Source: Litorivicinus sp.
GTDB taxonomy: Bacteria; Pseudomonadota; Gammaproteobacteria; Pseudomonadales; Litorivicinaceae
NCBI GenBank assembly: GCA_965656605.1
Contig: CBFHLC010000005.1
Span: forward strand, 8,299-72,298
Direction: 5' to 3'
DNA: 64,000 nt
The position numbers and the translations under genes are program-made. The notes beneath the pieces were generated by a model, which searched no databases, was not told the DNA's origin, and was given only the letters and a program-made list of their open reading frames with translations. Position 1 is the first letter of the stretch. Every line of letters starts with the position of its first letter. Below, one piece after another: positions 10,340 through 20,101 of this stretch.

Positions 10340-11043
10340 GCCGTGTGCTGTTAGGCGTCAATATCGACCACATTGCGACCGTGCGAAACGCCCGTGGCGG
10401 CCAGTCGCCCTGTCCGGTCGAGGCGGCCTTAATTGCCGAGGCCAATGGCGCCGATGGCATCACCGCACACCTGCGCGAGGATCGTCGACACATTCAAGAC
10501 CAAGATATCCGACGCCTGGCCCGTTCAATCTCGACCCACCTGAACTTCGAAATGGCCGTGACCGACGAGATGGTCTCGATCGCCTGCGAGGTCCAGCCCA
10601 AGCACTGTTGCTTGGTGCCGGAAAAGCGCGAAGAGCTGACCACCGAAGGCGGCTTGGACGTGGTCGGCCAGTTTGAGCGGATTCAGGACGCCACACAAAA
10701 ACTCAGCGCTGCTGGCATTGACGTCAGTTTGTTCATTGATCCGGACCGTGCCCAGCTGGATGCGGCCAAGGCGGCGGGCGCACCCACGGTGGAATTGCAT
10801 ACCGGGGCCTACGCCGAGGGTCGCGAGTCGATCGAGTTGCTGGCTGACGCCGTGCAATACGGCCAGAGCATCGGGCTGGTGATGAATGCGGGTCATGGTT
10901 TGGATCTAAGTAACGTCGCGCCGGTCGCGGCACTGCCTGGTATCAACGAGTTAAACATTGGCTACTCAATCATTGCTCGCGCGTTATTCGTCGGCCTGGA
11001 CCGGGCCGTAGCCGAGATGCGACAGGCGATCGACCAAGCATGA
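10336..11043 (+). CDS. pdxJ: pyridoxine 5'-phosphate synthase
   Basis: [28 protein letters not shown] and NAGHGL are canonical PdxJ motifs. Confidence 0.95.
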   Translation: MSRVLLGVNIDHIATVRNARGGQSPCPVEAALIAEANGADGITAHLREDRRHIQDQDIRRLARSISTHLNFEMAVTDEMVSIACEVQPKHCCLVPEKREELTTEGGLDVVGQFERIQDATQKLSAAGIDVSLFIDPDRAQLDAAKAAGAPTVELHTGAYAEGRESIELLADAVQYGQSIGLVMNAGHGLDLSNVAPVAALPGINELNIGYSIIARALFVGLDRAVAEMRQAIDQA

Positions 11044-11381
11044 TTCGTGGGATTGGCACCGATCTGGCGCAAATCTCGCGCATTGCCAAGGCCATGCAAA
11101 ACCCCCGTTTCATCGAGCGTGTTCTAACTGTCCACGAGCGATCCGCTGCGCCAGATCCAATGAGCGCAAACTGGTTAGCCAAGCGCTGGGCCGCCAAAGA
11201 AGCTGCCTCTAAGGCACTCGGCACGGGCATCAGTGCCGACGCCGGATTTCACGACTTCATTATTGGCAAAACGCAGGCCGGTGCACCCACCCTGCAGGTC
11301 GCCAAACACCCCGGCACATGGCACTTGTCGTTAAGCGACGATGGGGATTACGCCCAAGCCTTTGTGGTCTGGTCAGACTAA
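11040..11381 (+). CDS. acpS: holo-[acyl-carrier-protein] synthase
   Basis: [12 protein letters not shown] and [14 protein letters not shown] are AcpS motifs. Overlaps the pdxJ stop. Confidence 0.9.
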   Translation: MIRGIGTDLAQISRIAKAMQNPRFIERVLTVHERSAAPDPMSANWLAKRWAAKEAASKALGTGISADAGFHDFIIGKTQAGAPTLQVAKHPGTWHLSLSDDGDYAQAFVVWSD

Positions 11382-11388
11382 TTTCATT

Positions 11389-11426
11389 TGGCGTTTCAAA
11401 ATAATGGAACGCCATTCCATTTTTTA
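11389..11426 (+). terminator. intrinsic terminator after acpS
   Basis: A 9-bp stem TGGCGTTTC/GGAACGCCA (11389-97 / 11406-14) with an 8-nt loop. A T-run follows at 11420-25. Confidence 0.6.
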
Positions 11427-11460
11427 TTAGACTCAGCCTCATCACTTACAGGAGCACGCA

Positions 11461-13602
11461 ATGACAGCACGTACTCAGGTCGGCAATCTGAACATCGCGA
11501 CCGAATTATTCGATTTTGTAAACGCCCAGGCACTGCCGGGCACAGGTCTGGATCAATCCGCTTTTTGGGCTGGCGTTGACGCCTTGATTCACGAATTGGC
11601 GCCGGTCAATCGTGAGCTCGTTGCCAAGCGTGAAGTGATCCAGACTCAGCTGGATGAGTGGCACAAAGCCCAAAACGGCCATGACCCGGTTGCCTACAAA
11701 AAATTCCTGCAAGAGATCGGCTACCTGTTACCTGAACCTGCTGAGGTCAACGTAGTCACTGAAAACGTCGACGACGAAGTTGCTCGCATTGCAGGCCCTC
11801 AGCTGGTGGTGCCGGTCATGAACGCACGCTTTGCACTGAACGCAGCCAACGCACGTTGGGGCAGCTTGTACAACGCGCTATACGGGACCGATGCGATCAG
11901 CGATGAAGGCGGCGCGGCAGCAGGCAAGGAATACAATCCTGCACGTGGTCAAAAAGTTATCGATTTCGCCAAAGGCTTCTTGAACGAGAACTTCCCGCTA
12001 GCCAGCGGCAGCCATGCTGACGTGACCGGCTACAGCGTGGTTGACGGCGCATTGAGCCCAGCACTGGCTGACGCGTCACAGTTCGCGGGTTTCCGCGGTG
12101 ATGCAGCCAACCCCTCAGCAGTCCTGCTGGTCAACAACGGCCTGCACGTTGAAGTACAAATTGACCGCGCCGACCAGATCGGTAGTGCGGATCCGGCGGG
12201 CGTCAAAGACCTGCTGATGGAAAGTGCTCTGACGGCGATCATGGACTGCGAAGATTCAATCGCGGCAGTTGACGCTGAAGACAAAGTTCAGGTCTACAAG
12301 AACTGGCTAGGTCTGATGGCCGGTAACTTGACCGAGCAGGTCACCAAAGGAGGCAAGACCTTTACCCGTGCCCTGAACCCCGATCGTGAGTACACCGCAG
12401 CCGACGGCAGCAGCATGAAACTTCCCGGCCGCGCCCTGTTATTCGTGCGCAACGTAGGTCACCTGATGACCAACGAGGCGATCTTGGACAAGGACGGTAA
12501 CGAAGCGCCCGAAGGCATCCTGGACGGTATCTTTACGGTGCTGTGTGCCATGCACGACTTGAACCGTGACAGCGACACTAACAGCCGCGCCGGTAGCGTC
12601 TACATCGTCAAGCCCAAAATGCACGGCCCCGAGGAAGTCGCTTTCGCTAACCGTTTGTTCGGTGAAGTCGAAAAGCTGTTGGGCCTGCCTCAGTTCACTC
12701 TGAAAATGGGCATCATGGACGAGGAGCGCCGCACCACGGTTAACCTAAAAGCCTGTATTGCTCAGGCCACTCTGCGTGTGGTCTTCATCAACACCGGTTT
12801 CTTGGATCGTACCGGTGACGAGATACACACCTCGATGCAAGCGGGCGCCATGATACGCAAGGCAGACATGAAGGGCGCCGCCTGGATTGCAGCCTACGAG
12901 AACTGGAACGTGGACATCGGTCTGGAATGTGGTCTGCAGGGTCGCGCTCAGATCGGCAAGGGCATGTGGGCCATGCCGGATCTGATGGCTGACATGATCG
13001 AGCAAAAGAAAGGCCATCCGCTGGCCGGCGCCAACTGCGCCTGGGTCCCGTCACCCACCGCAGCCACTTTGCACGCAATGCATTACCACGCGATCAACGT
13101 GTTCGACGTTCAAAATGAGCTGAAGAACCGCACCCGCGCTAGCATCGACGATATCCTGTCGATCCCCTTGGCCAGTGACACCAACTGGAGCGATGCTGAA
13201 AAGCAGGCCGAGCTGGATAACAACGCCCAGGGCATCCTAGGCTACGTCGTGCGCTGGGTAGACCAGGGTATCGGTTGCTCAAAGGTCCCGGACATCAACA
13301 ACGTAGGCCTGATGGAAGACCGCGCCACCCTGCGTATCAGTGCGCAGCATATGGCAAACTGGTTGACCCACGGCATCGTGACCGAGCAGCAAGTCATCGC
13401 CACGCTAGAAAAAATGGCAGCGGTCGTTGATCAGCAAAATGCCGGTGATCCTCTGTACCAGCCCATGGCCGGTAACTTCGAAAACTCAGTCGCTTTCCAA
13501 GCCGCAAAAGAGCTGGTCCTTGAAGGGGTGTCTCAGCCGTCAGGGTATACGGAACCGGTACTGCACCGTCGTCGCCTGGAACTAAAAGCGAAGACAGCCT
13601 AG
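11461..13602 (+). CDS. glcB: malate synthase G
   Basis: 713 aa with MSG-type length and motifs ([36 protein letters not shown]). Confidence 0.95.
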   Translation: MTARTQVGNLNIATELFDFVNAQALPGTGLDQSAFWAGVDALIHELAPVNRELVAKREVIQTQLDEWHKAQNGHDPVAYKKFLQEIGYLLPEPAEVNVVTENVDDEVARIAGPQLVVPVMNARFALNAANARWGSLYNALYGTDAISDEGGAAAGKEYNPARGQKVIDFAKGFLNENFPLASGSHADVTGYSVVDGALSPALADASQFAGFRGDAANPSAVLLVNNGLHVEVQIDRADQIGSADPAGVKDLLMESALTAIMDCEDSIAAVDAEDKVQVYKNWLGLMAGNLTEQVTKGGKTFTRALNPDREYTAADGSSMKLPGRALLFVRNVGHLMTNEAILDKDGNEAPEGILDGIFTVLCAMHDLNRDSDTNSRAGSVYIVKPKMHGPEEVAFANRLFGEVEKLLGLPQFTLKMGIMDEERRTTVNLKACIAQATLRVVFINTGFLDRTGDEIHTSMQAGAMIRKADMKGAAWIAAYENWNVDIGLECGLQGRAQIGKGMWAMPDLMADMIEQKKGHPLAGANCAWVPSPTAATLHAMHYHAINVFDVQNELKNRTRASIDDILSIPLASDTNWSDAEKQAELDNNAQGILGYVVRWVDQGIGCSKVPDINNVGLMEDRATLRISAQHMANWLTHGIVTEQQVIATLEKMAAVVDQQNAGDPLYQPMAGNFENSVAFQAAKELVLEGVSQPSGYTEPVLHRRRLELKAKTA

Positions 13603-13806
13603 CCCCTTAGGCGTCGTTAAAATCGCAGCCGCGCTTTCTCACGTATAACGACATACGCTGCGGAGCGCGGCTTTATTTTGCCTAGCCTGCGGAGCAATTC
13701 TGTCTTCGCTGGCCTAGTGGCGATAACGCACTCATACGGCGTTAAAAATGCGGGCGTCCATCCTCACATACGTTTAAGTATGCTGCGGTGGACGCCTTTT
13801 TTTGCC
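13597..13806 (+). repeat. tandem GCCTAG-bounded hairpin units: two full units and one decayed, each full unit ending in a U-tract
   Basis: Unit 1 is 13597-13679, with stem GCCGCGCT/AGCGCGGC. The decayed unit is 13680-13711. Unit 2 is 13712-13803, with stem GGCGTCCA/TGGACGCC. Loop blocks are conserved (CTCAC, GCTGCGG, GTTAAAA) while both the outer and inner stems covary. The units probably also terminate glcB. Confidence 0.6.
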
Positions 13807-13885
13807 TTGTCTGAGCGCGCTCTGCGCTCTTCCCAGATCGGTGGTGGGTCGGTTTCCTTTGATTCGGAGTAAATCGTAGCCCTTA

Positions 13886-14233
13886 ATGGCGCATATGCAT
13901 CACTCGTCCTTCGGCATTGAATATCAAACCGAAAAAGGCCTGCAGCTGACTCGGCCACCCTTTAATAACGACGCGGCTCTTATCTCGGATCCGAACTCCT
14001 ACGCGTATTCGCAGGCATTCGGGGCAGCTATGCGCAAGCGTAACGTCGAGGCTTTTGAATACGATTCGGCTCGCCATGCAGGCGGGGTGTGTATCGGACT
14101 GTTTACTCCTGCAGCGATTAAATCTACCCAGCCATAGCAGGTGTATCAGTGGATATGCCAGACCACCGAATCAGAGGTCGGTTGGCGATGTGTCGATACT
14201 GGCGAGGTCGTGATTATCACAGCCGCTGACTAG
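13886..14233 (+). pseudogene. RES-domain toxin remnant (C-terminal half only, internal in-frame TAG)
   Basis: DPNSYAYSQAFGAAMRKRNVEAFEYDSARHAGGVCIGLFTPAAI matches the C-terminal half of RES-domain proteins. There is an in-frame TAG at 14135-37, after which the frame continues (QVYQWICQTTESEVGWR). The N-terminal half and any Xre-type antitoxin partner are missing. Confidence 0.6.
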
Positions 14234-14583
14234 CTTTGACACTTCAGATCTCGCGCAAACCTTGCCACGACAAAAAGATTAGGGCCCGGTACTAATTGGG
14301 CCAGCAAGGCGTTCAGCCACAGCGTGCCATCACTAGGCAGAAAACCTGCGATCAGGCCGATCCCCATTACCTACACCTTGGGATTCACGTATTGAAAGCT
14401 GGCTGCCGCCCAAAAGCTAATCGGCCGCCCATCAGGGTCCGCACTGGGCATAGGCGCCGTCATGATCTTCCAAGCCAGACACAGCAGATAACCGCTGCCT
14501 GCGACTTTTATAACGCTCTGAATAATCGGGCGGCTACCGAGGTAGCTCCCGCGATGGATAAAGCTACAATCATAGATTGTCAC
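14230..14583 (-). pseudogene. LysE/EamB-family exporter remnant (N-terminus missing, in-frame TAG replacing Trp)
   Basis: IKVAGSGYLLCLAWKI...RPISFWAAASFQYVNPKV*VMGIGLIAGF aligns with E. coli EamB residues about 60-150 (WAGAAYIVWLAWKI...KPISFWASFALQFVN). The TAG at 14371-73 sits where a Trp (NPKxW) is expected. About 55 N-terminal residues are absent. Confidence 0.6.
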
Positions 14584-14664
14584 TCTTTAATAGTTAATTG
14601 CGCCGTTGAGTTGCGTTGTATTTCAGGGGTACAAATAAATCAATCGTATAATTGGACGCTAACA

Positions 14665-16059
14665 ATGAGCGCTGAATGGATTCCTGAACTCGATCCCAAA
14701 CTGCCGAAATATCGCGCGCTGTATCAGGCGATTCTGCAGGACATTGACGCGGGCAAGCTTAAAGTGGGGCAACGACTACCGACACACCGATTCCTGGCCG
14801 AGGCGCTAGGTATCACGGTCGGTGTGGTTACCAAAGCCTACGCCCAAGCGGTCCGTGAGGGGCTGCTGCAAAGCCGGGTCGGCTCAGGAACCTTTGTTGG
14901 GCCGCAAAACAATGGCTACAGCCCATTTCCGCAAGAGGCTCGAGCCGCAGCAGGCATCATGGATTTGTCGGTCAGTATTGTCCCTCCGAACCCGCGGCGC
15001 TCGGACGCGTTGGGCGAGGCGATGGCGGCTATCTCACAGGATAGCGAGCGACTCTTTGAAGGGGTGCAATACCAACACGCCGAGGGTGAGTTGCAGGCGC
15101 GTCACGCGATGGCCTCGCTGATGGGGTTGTGTGGTATGCCGGTTGAGCCCAGTGAATTGATGCTAACCCTGGGCGGCCAGCACGGATTGGCGCTGTCGTG
15201 TGATGTGCTACTCAAAGCTGAAGGCCACCTTGCCGCGGCCGAGATGGGCTATCAAGGCATTGTCGGCTTGGCCCGCCTAAAAGCGCTCAAGCTGGTATCG
15301 ATTCCGATGAAGGAAGGGCGTATCGATGTGGCCGCGATCGAAAGTCGCGCCCGTCAGCAGCGTATTGATGCGATCTATGTAACGCCCGAGTTGCATAACC
15401 CAACAGGGGGCACACTTTCCCAGTGGGAGCGCGAGTGTCTGGTCTTGCTGGCCGAGCAATTTAACTTCTGGATCATTGAAGACGTCGTTCACACCGCCAT
15501 TGGCGTGGATAAACCTGATTTCTTGTATCAGTTATCGCCGGATCGCGTGGTCACCGTGTTCAGCACCTCAAAACTTCTGGCAGGGGGATTACGCGTTGGA
15601 GCCATCCGTGTGCCTGAGTCACATCGGATGCAGTTCTCGTTGGCCATGAAAAGTCATTCGTGGATGGTGCCGCCTATGATGGGGCAGGTGGTCACCCATT
15701 GGATGGAATCGGGCGAGCCTGAAAGGCTGTTGCAATGGCAGCGTCAAGAGGTGATCGCTCGTCAGGCCTTGGCACAGCGTTACCTAGGCCGATGGGTATC
15801 CCATGTGCCCGATCCGGGGTGTTTCTTTGTTTGGTTGAATGTCGACAAGCCCAATACGGCGGCGGGATTGACGTTTAAGCTGCTAGAGCATGGGATAAAG
15901 GTGGGTGTCGGCGCACCGTTTTGGATTGGCAATGGTCCGGCGCCCGAGACCATGCGCGTATGCCTATCCGCGGCCCGAACCCGTGACGAGCTAGAAAACG
16001 CCTTGCGCCGCATCGCGCACATCATGGCGATCCAGCCCGAAGAGTTTGAAACGGTCTAA
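14665..16059 (+). CDS. MocR/GabR/PdxR-type regulator (GntR HTH fused to a PLP aminotransferase-like domain)
   Basis: The N-terminus [44 protein letters not shown] is a GntR winged helix. The C-terminal ~350 aa has an aminotransferase class I fold ([23 protein letters not shown]). The ORF is open from 14296, but that extension overlaps the LysE remnant on the other strand. Confidence 0.85.
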   Translation: MSAEWIPELDPKLPKYRALYQAILQDIDAGKLKVGQRLPTHRFLAEALGITVGVVTKAYAQAVREGLLQSRVGSGTFVGPQNNGYSPFPQEARAAAGIMDLSVSIVPPNPRRSDALGEAMAAISQDSERLFEGVQYQHAEGELQARHAMASLMGLCGMPVEPSELMLTLGGQHGLALSCDVLLKAEGHLAAAEMGYQGIVGLARLKALKLVSIPMKEGRIDVAAIESRARQQRIDAIYVTPELHNPTGGTLSQWERECLVLLAEQFNFWIIEDVVHTAIGVDKPDFLYQLSPDRVVTVFSTSKLLAGGLRVGAIRVPESHRMQFSLAMKSHSWMVPPMMGQVVTHWMESGEPERLLQWQRQEVIARQALAQRYLGRWVSHVPDPGCFFVWLNVDKPNTAAGLTFKLLEHGIKVGVGAPFWIGNGPAPETMRVCLSAARTRDELENALRRIAHIMAIQPEEFETV

Positions 16060-17057
16060 AGGTTGACGCTGGGAATTAGATTGCTGTCGATGCCGGCGTT
16101 GTTTTTAGCCAGGGCCTGTTCGGCGCGGTAGCTTGAACGCACCATGGGTCCGCTGACCACCTCAAGGAAGCCCATGTCCAGACCCCAATCGCGATACATC
16201 GCAAATTGCTCGGGTGTAACGTATCTAGCCACTTCCAAGTGGTTTTTGGTTGGTCGCAAGTACTGACCAAACGTAACGATATCCACGTTGTGCGCTTTTA
16301 GGTCGGTCAGGACCTGACGGATCTCGTCTTCGGTCTCGCCCAATCCCAAAATTACAGAGGTCTTGGTCAGCATCGTTGGGCGGTGGGCCTTGGCATAAGC
16401 CAGCACCTCTAAGGTTTGTTGATAGCTAGCCCGAGGATCGCGCACTGGATGGGTCAGGCGCTCGACTGTCTCAACGTTTTGTGCGAACACCTCGATGCCT
16501 GAATCCACGATGGTTTCGACATCTTTCATCACGCCCTGAAAGTCAGGGGTCAGCACTTCAACGGCGGTTTCGGGGGTGCGTTGTTTGATCTCACGTACGG
16601 CCTGAGCGAAGTGTCCAGCACCGCCATCGTCGAGATCATCGCGGTTGACGCTGGTCAGTACGACATATTTCAGGCCCATCAGTGCGACAGACTCAGCGGT
16701 GTTTTTAGGTTCGTCCTGATCCAACCAGCCTTTGGGGTTGCCGGTATCAACGCTGCAGAATTTACAGGCGCGGGTGCACACGCTGCCCATTAGCATGATG
16801 GTCGCGGTACCTGCGCTCCAGCATTCGCCGATGTTGGGGCACATCGCTTCTTCGCAGACGGTGCTTAAACGATGCTTTTTAACCAGCTTTTTGACTTCGG
16901 TGTACACCTCGCCGCCGGCGGCCTGGAAACGCAGCCACTTGGGTTTATCGCCACGGGGTGCGATCGCGTCCGTTTGGTCCTTTTGGCCGTTTTTAATCGC
17001 CCGAATACCTTCGGCCGTTACGTGTTTGGTGCCTGATGCGATTTTTTTGTCAGTCAT
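16056..17057 (-). CDS. lipA: lipoyl synthase
   Basis: Contains [13 protein letters not shown] and the radical-SAM cluster [10 protein letters not shown]. The length and C-terminus are typical of LipA. Confidence 0.95.
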   Translation of the reverse strand: MTDKKIASGTKHVTAEGIRAIKNGQKDQTDAIAPRGDKPKWLRFQAAGGEVYTEVKKLVKKHRLSTVCEEAMCPNIGECWSAGTATIMLMGSVCTRACKFCSVDTGNPKGWLDQDEPKNTAESVALMGLKYVVLTSVNRDDLDDGGAGHFAQAVREIKQRTPETAVEVLTPDFQGVMKDVETIVDSGIEVFAQNVETVERLTHPVRDPRASYQQTLEVLAYAKAHRPTMLTKTSVILGLGETEDEIRQVLTDLKAHNVDIVTFGQYLRPTKNHLEVARYVTPEQFAMYRDWGLDMGFLEVVSGPMVRSSYRAEQALAKNNAGIDSNLIPSVNL

Positions 17058-17084
17058 TACGCCAGTATATCCTGCGGGTGCGGG

Positions 17085-17456
17085 CTAGTCGCCCACGTGG
17101 TCTATGTACTCTTCAACGCTCATCAGGCTGTCCAGCTCACCCGGATCGCTCATTTCGATTTTGACGAACCAGGCCGAGCTCTCGGGGTCTTCGTTAATGG
17201 CTTCGGGCGCATCGTCCAGATCACGGTTAACGTTGATAATACGTCCACTCACCGGGGCGTAGACTTCACTGGCAGTTTTGACCGACTCGACGGTGGCGAT
17301 TTTCTCGCCAGCAGACACCTCAATGTCCTCGTCTGGGAGTTCAACAAACACCACGTCGCCCAGCTGAGCTTGAGCAAATTCGCTGATTCCGACGGTGACA
17401 ACGCCATGGTCATCCGCGGCCCATTGGTGTTCTTCAGAAAAGCGCAATTCAGACAT
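17085..17456 (-). CDS. gcvH: glycine cleavage system H protein
   Basis: 123 aa with EEHQW and the lipoyl-lysine motif VESVKTASEVYAPVSG. Confidence 0.93.
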   Translation of the reverse strand: MSELRFSEEHQWAADDHGVVTVGISEFAQAQLGDVVFVELPDEDIEVSAGEKIATVESVKTASEVYAPVSGRIINVNRDLDDAPEAINEDPESSAWFVKIEMSDPGELDSLMSVEEYIDHVGD

Positions 17457-17608
17457 GTGGAGCTCCCGTTAGTGAGGGAGTGATTGTGACGTTCTTTTGG
17501 TCGCTTTCAAGGGGGAATGCGGCGGAAAAATGTAGGTGGTCTGGATACGCCAATCTCTAATATACTTCGCACCATCATTTAATCGTCCCACCCTCAGGAG
17601 ACACCGGA

Positions 17609-18859
17609 ATGTTCGCCAACACGACCTCGATAGATCAGTACGATCCAGAACTCGCCGCCAGCATGCAGGCCGAGACGCAGCGTCAAGAAGACCACGTGGA
17701 GTTGATTGCGTCAGAAAATTACACCAGCCCTCGGGTTATGGCGGCTCAAGGTAGTGTTTTGACTAACAAGTACGCCGAAGGTTATCCGGGCAAGCGTTAC
17801 TACGGTGGGTGCGAATACGTCGATGTCGCCGAGAACTTGGCGATTGAACGTGCAAAAGAATTATTCGGTGCAGATTATGCCAACGTGCAGCCCCATGCGG
17901 GATCACAGGCGAACCAGGCGGTATTTCTAGCGTTGCTGTCTGCAGGCGATACGGTCCTAGGCATGAGCCTGGATGCCGGCGGTCACTTGACCCACGGCTC
18001 GCATGTGAACTTCTCGGGCAAGACCTACAACGCGGTTCAGTACGGCATCGACGAGCAGGGCTTTGTCGATTACGACGAGATCCGTGCCAAGGCCCTTGAG
18101 CACAAGCCCAAAATGATCATCGCCGGTTTCAGTGCGTACTCACAGGTATTGGACTTTGCCAAGTTCCGCGAGATCGCGGACGAAGTGGGTGCTTACTTGC
18201 TAGTCGATATGGCGCACATTGCAGGCCTAGTGGCCGCGGGCGAATACCCCAATCCTGTGCCGCATGCTGACGTGGTCACCACCACGACTCACAAAACATT
18301 ACGCGGTCCCCGTAGCGGCCTGATTCTGGCCCGCTCGAACCCCGAGATTGAAAAGAAGCTGAACTCTGCGGTGTTCCCCGGCGGGCAGGGCGGTCCTTTG
18401 ATGCACGTGATCGCAGCCAAGGCGGTCGCATTCAAAGAAGCAATGGAGCCCGAGTTCAAGGCCTACCAGCAGCAGGTCAAAAAGAACGCTAAAGCGATGG
18501 CCAAGGTCTTCATGGACCGTGGTTTTGACGTGATCAGCGGCGGAACTGAAAACCATCTGATGCTGGTGTCACTCGTGGCCAAGGGTATTACCGGCAAGGC
18601 GGCTGACGCAGCCTTGGGTCACGCTCACATCACCGTCAACAAGAACTCGGTTCCCAACGATCCGCAAAGCCCATTTGTGACCAGTGGTATTCGTGTAGGT
18701 ACGCCCGCAGTGACCACTCGCGGCTTCGCCGAGGCCGAGTGCACCGAGCTGGCGGGCTGGATGTGTGACGTAATGGACAACGTTGAAGACGAAAGTGTGA
18801 TCGCCGACGTTGCCGGCAAGGTCCAGGCGTTGTGCGCACGGTTCCCTGTTTACGCGTAA
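17609..18859 (+). CDS. glyA: serine hydroxymethyltransferase
   Basis: Contains [11 protein letters not shown] and the PLP-lysine motif [16 protein letters not shown]. 416 aa. Confidence 0.97.
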   Translation: MFANTTSIDQYDPELAASMQAETQRQEDHVELIASENYTSPRVMAAQGSVLTNKYAEGYPGKRYYGGCEYVDVAENLAIERAKELFGADYANVQPHAGSQANQAVFLALLSAGDTVLGMSLDAGGHLTHGSHVNFSGKTYNAVQYGIDEQGFVDYDEIRAKALEHKPKMIIAGFSAYSQVLDFAKFREIADEVGAYLLVDMAHIAGLVAAGEYPNPVPHADVVTTTTHKTLRGPRSGLILARSNPEIEKKLNSAVFPGGQGGPLMHVIAAKAVAFKEAMEPEFKAYQQQVKKNAKAMAKVFMDRGFDVISGGTENHLMLVSLVAKGITGKAADAALGHAHITVNKNSVPNDPQSPFVTSGIRVGTPAVTTRGFAEAECTELAGWMCDVMDNVEDESVIADVAGKVQALCARFPVYA

Positions 18860-18882
18860 GTTAGTTACATTTAAGTCGAAAA

Positions 18883-18907
18883 AGCCGGTGAAATGCCGGC
18901 TTTTTTA
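18883..18907 (+). terminator. intrinsic terminator after glyA
   Basis: Stem AGCCGG/CCGGCT (18883-88 / 18896-901) is followed by TTTTTTA. Confidence 0.75.
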
Positions 18908-18955
18908 TGTGCGGTAATCCTTGCTGCCTACCTAAGTGCATGGCAATCTTTGCCT

Positions 18956-19204
18956 ATGATGAAACCGACACGGATGGACATACCAGAGACTGCAGACGCA
19001 GTCGCCGGCCTGGAGCAATCAGATGTTTCAGCAGCTCTGGAGATGTACCAACGCCAGCTCGAAAAAGCATTGGCCGCACGCGATTACGAACGAATGGTTC
19101 GTGTCGGGCAAATTTTGGTACAGCTGGGTCGCAGTCGCGCTGATCACAACGCCAGCAAAACACGAGCTAGGGTGACAGTCGCTGCTTCAAACGAAGGTCC
19201 TTAG
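18956..19204 (+). CDS. hypothetical small protein (weak call)
   Basis: ORF 18893..19204, trimmed to the first ATG after the glyA terminator. It has no clear RBS, no recognisable domain, third-position GC that looks lower than in its neighbours, and a 38-nt overlap with the convergent acyltransferase. Confidence 0.2.
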   Translation: MMKPTRMDIPETADAVAGLEQSDVSAALEMYQRQLEKALAARDYERMVRVGQILVQLGRSRADHNASKTRARVTVAASNEGP

Positions 19205-20048
19205 CCACCCAGCGGGTCTCTAGGAACGTTTTGACTTCGTCGCGGCAGGCCGCGCTGATCTGATTGTTCTCGCCCAAATCACCGACCGCAGGCAGATCGA
19301 CGGTCTGCATATGCAACTCCATCCGACCTGCTTGACCACACATCCACTGCCAGAACGTTGGGACGCCGTCGGGATAGCTGATGGTGCAATCTACGGCGCG
19401 ATTCAAATGGGTCCCAACTGCTGCTAATACGGTCGCAACGCCGCCGGCTTTGGGCGGTAGCAGATGCTCGAAACGGCTGTTGGCTGCACGAATTTTCTCG
19501 GGGGTGTTTCGGGTACCTTCCGAGAAGTTAACGATCGTGACGGGAATTTCTTTGAACTTCTCGCAGGACTTTCGCACGGTTGCCAGGTCCTGACCGCGTT
19601 TTTCGGGGTGTTTCGCTAAGTAGGCGCGGGTGTAACGACGCATGACGGGGAAGTCCATCGACCAGGCTACAAAGCCGACCAGGGGAATCCATAGCAATTC
19701 ACGCTTCATAAAGAAGCGCGTGCTGGGAATAACCCCGTTAGCACCGATCAGTAGGACATAAATATCGACCCAGGTTTGGTGGTTGCTGACCAACAAATAG
19801 TTTTGGTCGCGGTGAAACTCACCTTCACGAGTGACTTCGATTTTTGGGCTGAATAGTCCTAACCAGCCACAAAATCCACTGGCCCATACCTTGACTAAAA
19901 ACTCAAAAGCCGGAGCAAAGTGCTTGCCCATGCCTGGTGCAACCAATTTGACCAGACCCATCGCGGCGGCGGGTAGGCCGCACAGCAGTGTAAGAAAAAC
20001 CAACCAGATAGCGCTTAGTGCGCCCAGCAAAATGTGCATCAGCATCAT
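19167..20048 (-). CDS. lysophospholipid (1-acyl-glycerol-3-phosphate type) acyltransferase, YihG-like
   Basis: Has the HX4D acyltransferase motif NHQTWVDIYVL and FSEGTR, plus an N-terminal TM segment. Confidence 0.8.
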   Translation of the reverse strand: MMLMHILLGALSAIWLVFLTLLCGLPAAAMGLVKLVAPGMGKHFAPAFEFLVKVWASGFCGWLGLFSPKIEVTREGEFHRDQNYLLVSNHQTWVDIYVLLIGANGVIPSTRFFMKRELLWIPLVGFVAWSMDFPVMRRYTRAYLAKHPEKRGQDLATVRKSCEKFKEIPVTIVNFSEGTRNTPEKIRAANSRFEHLLPPKAGGVATVLAAVGTHLNRAVDCTISYPDGVPTFWQWMCGQAGRMELHMQTVDLPAVGDLGENNQISAACRDEVKTFLETRWVAKDLRLKQRLSP

Positions 20049-20101
20049 CCTTAATTTTGAGGCACTATACCGGCCCCGAATCCCCCACGCGAGGCCCTGA
20101 C

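Noticed and set aside
13603-13620. CCCCTTAGGCG..GTTAAAA just after glcB resembles, from memory, the 3' end of Vibrio-type integron attC sites (VCR: GCCCCTTAGGCGGGCGTTA). GTTAAAA recurs at 13741. I considered whether this is a decayed gene-cassette array carrying the RES toxin remnant.
   Set aside because: There is no intI gene or attI nearby. The hairpins do not show the R''-L''/L'-R' attC architecture. The GTTAAAA core does not fit GTTRRRY. My recollection of the VCR sequence cannot be verified here. I treat the element as a generic repeat family until a genome-wide search says otherwise.
14135-14373. Two in-frame TAG codons (14135-37 in the RES fragment, 14371-73 in the LysE fragment) considered as possible stop-codon recoding or read-through.
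   Set aside because: Both genes are also truncated at their N-termini, and nothing else in the window suggests amber reassignment; TAG is used as a normal stop by lipA, TPK, csiV and others. Simple nonsense mutations in decaying genes explain them.
14296-14664. N-terminal extensions of track ORFs. These include 14296..16059 (123 extra codons before the MocR regulator), 40263..41558 (before thiB), 26875..28296 (before bioA), 8017..8778 (rnc), 7637..8116, 20018..20752, 49964..50569 and 62095..63126.
   Set aside because: The extensions overlap upstream genes, a pseudogene or the TPP riboswitch, and they lack homology. Internal starts give N-termini matching known orthologues, usually with an RBS or a stop-start overlap.
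17457-17608. Searched the gcvH/glyA divergent spacer for a glycine riboswitch.
   Set aside because: Neither strand shows the conserved GGAGAG...CACCGAAGGGGCAA-type aptamer blocks. The spacer appears to contain only promoters and an SD.
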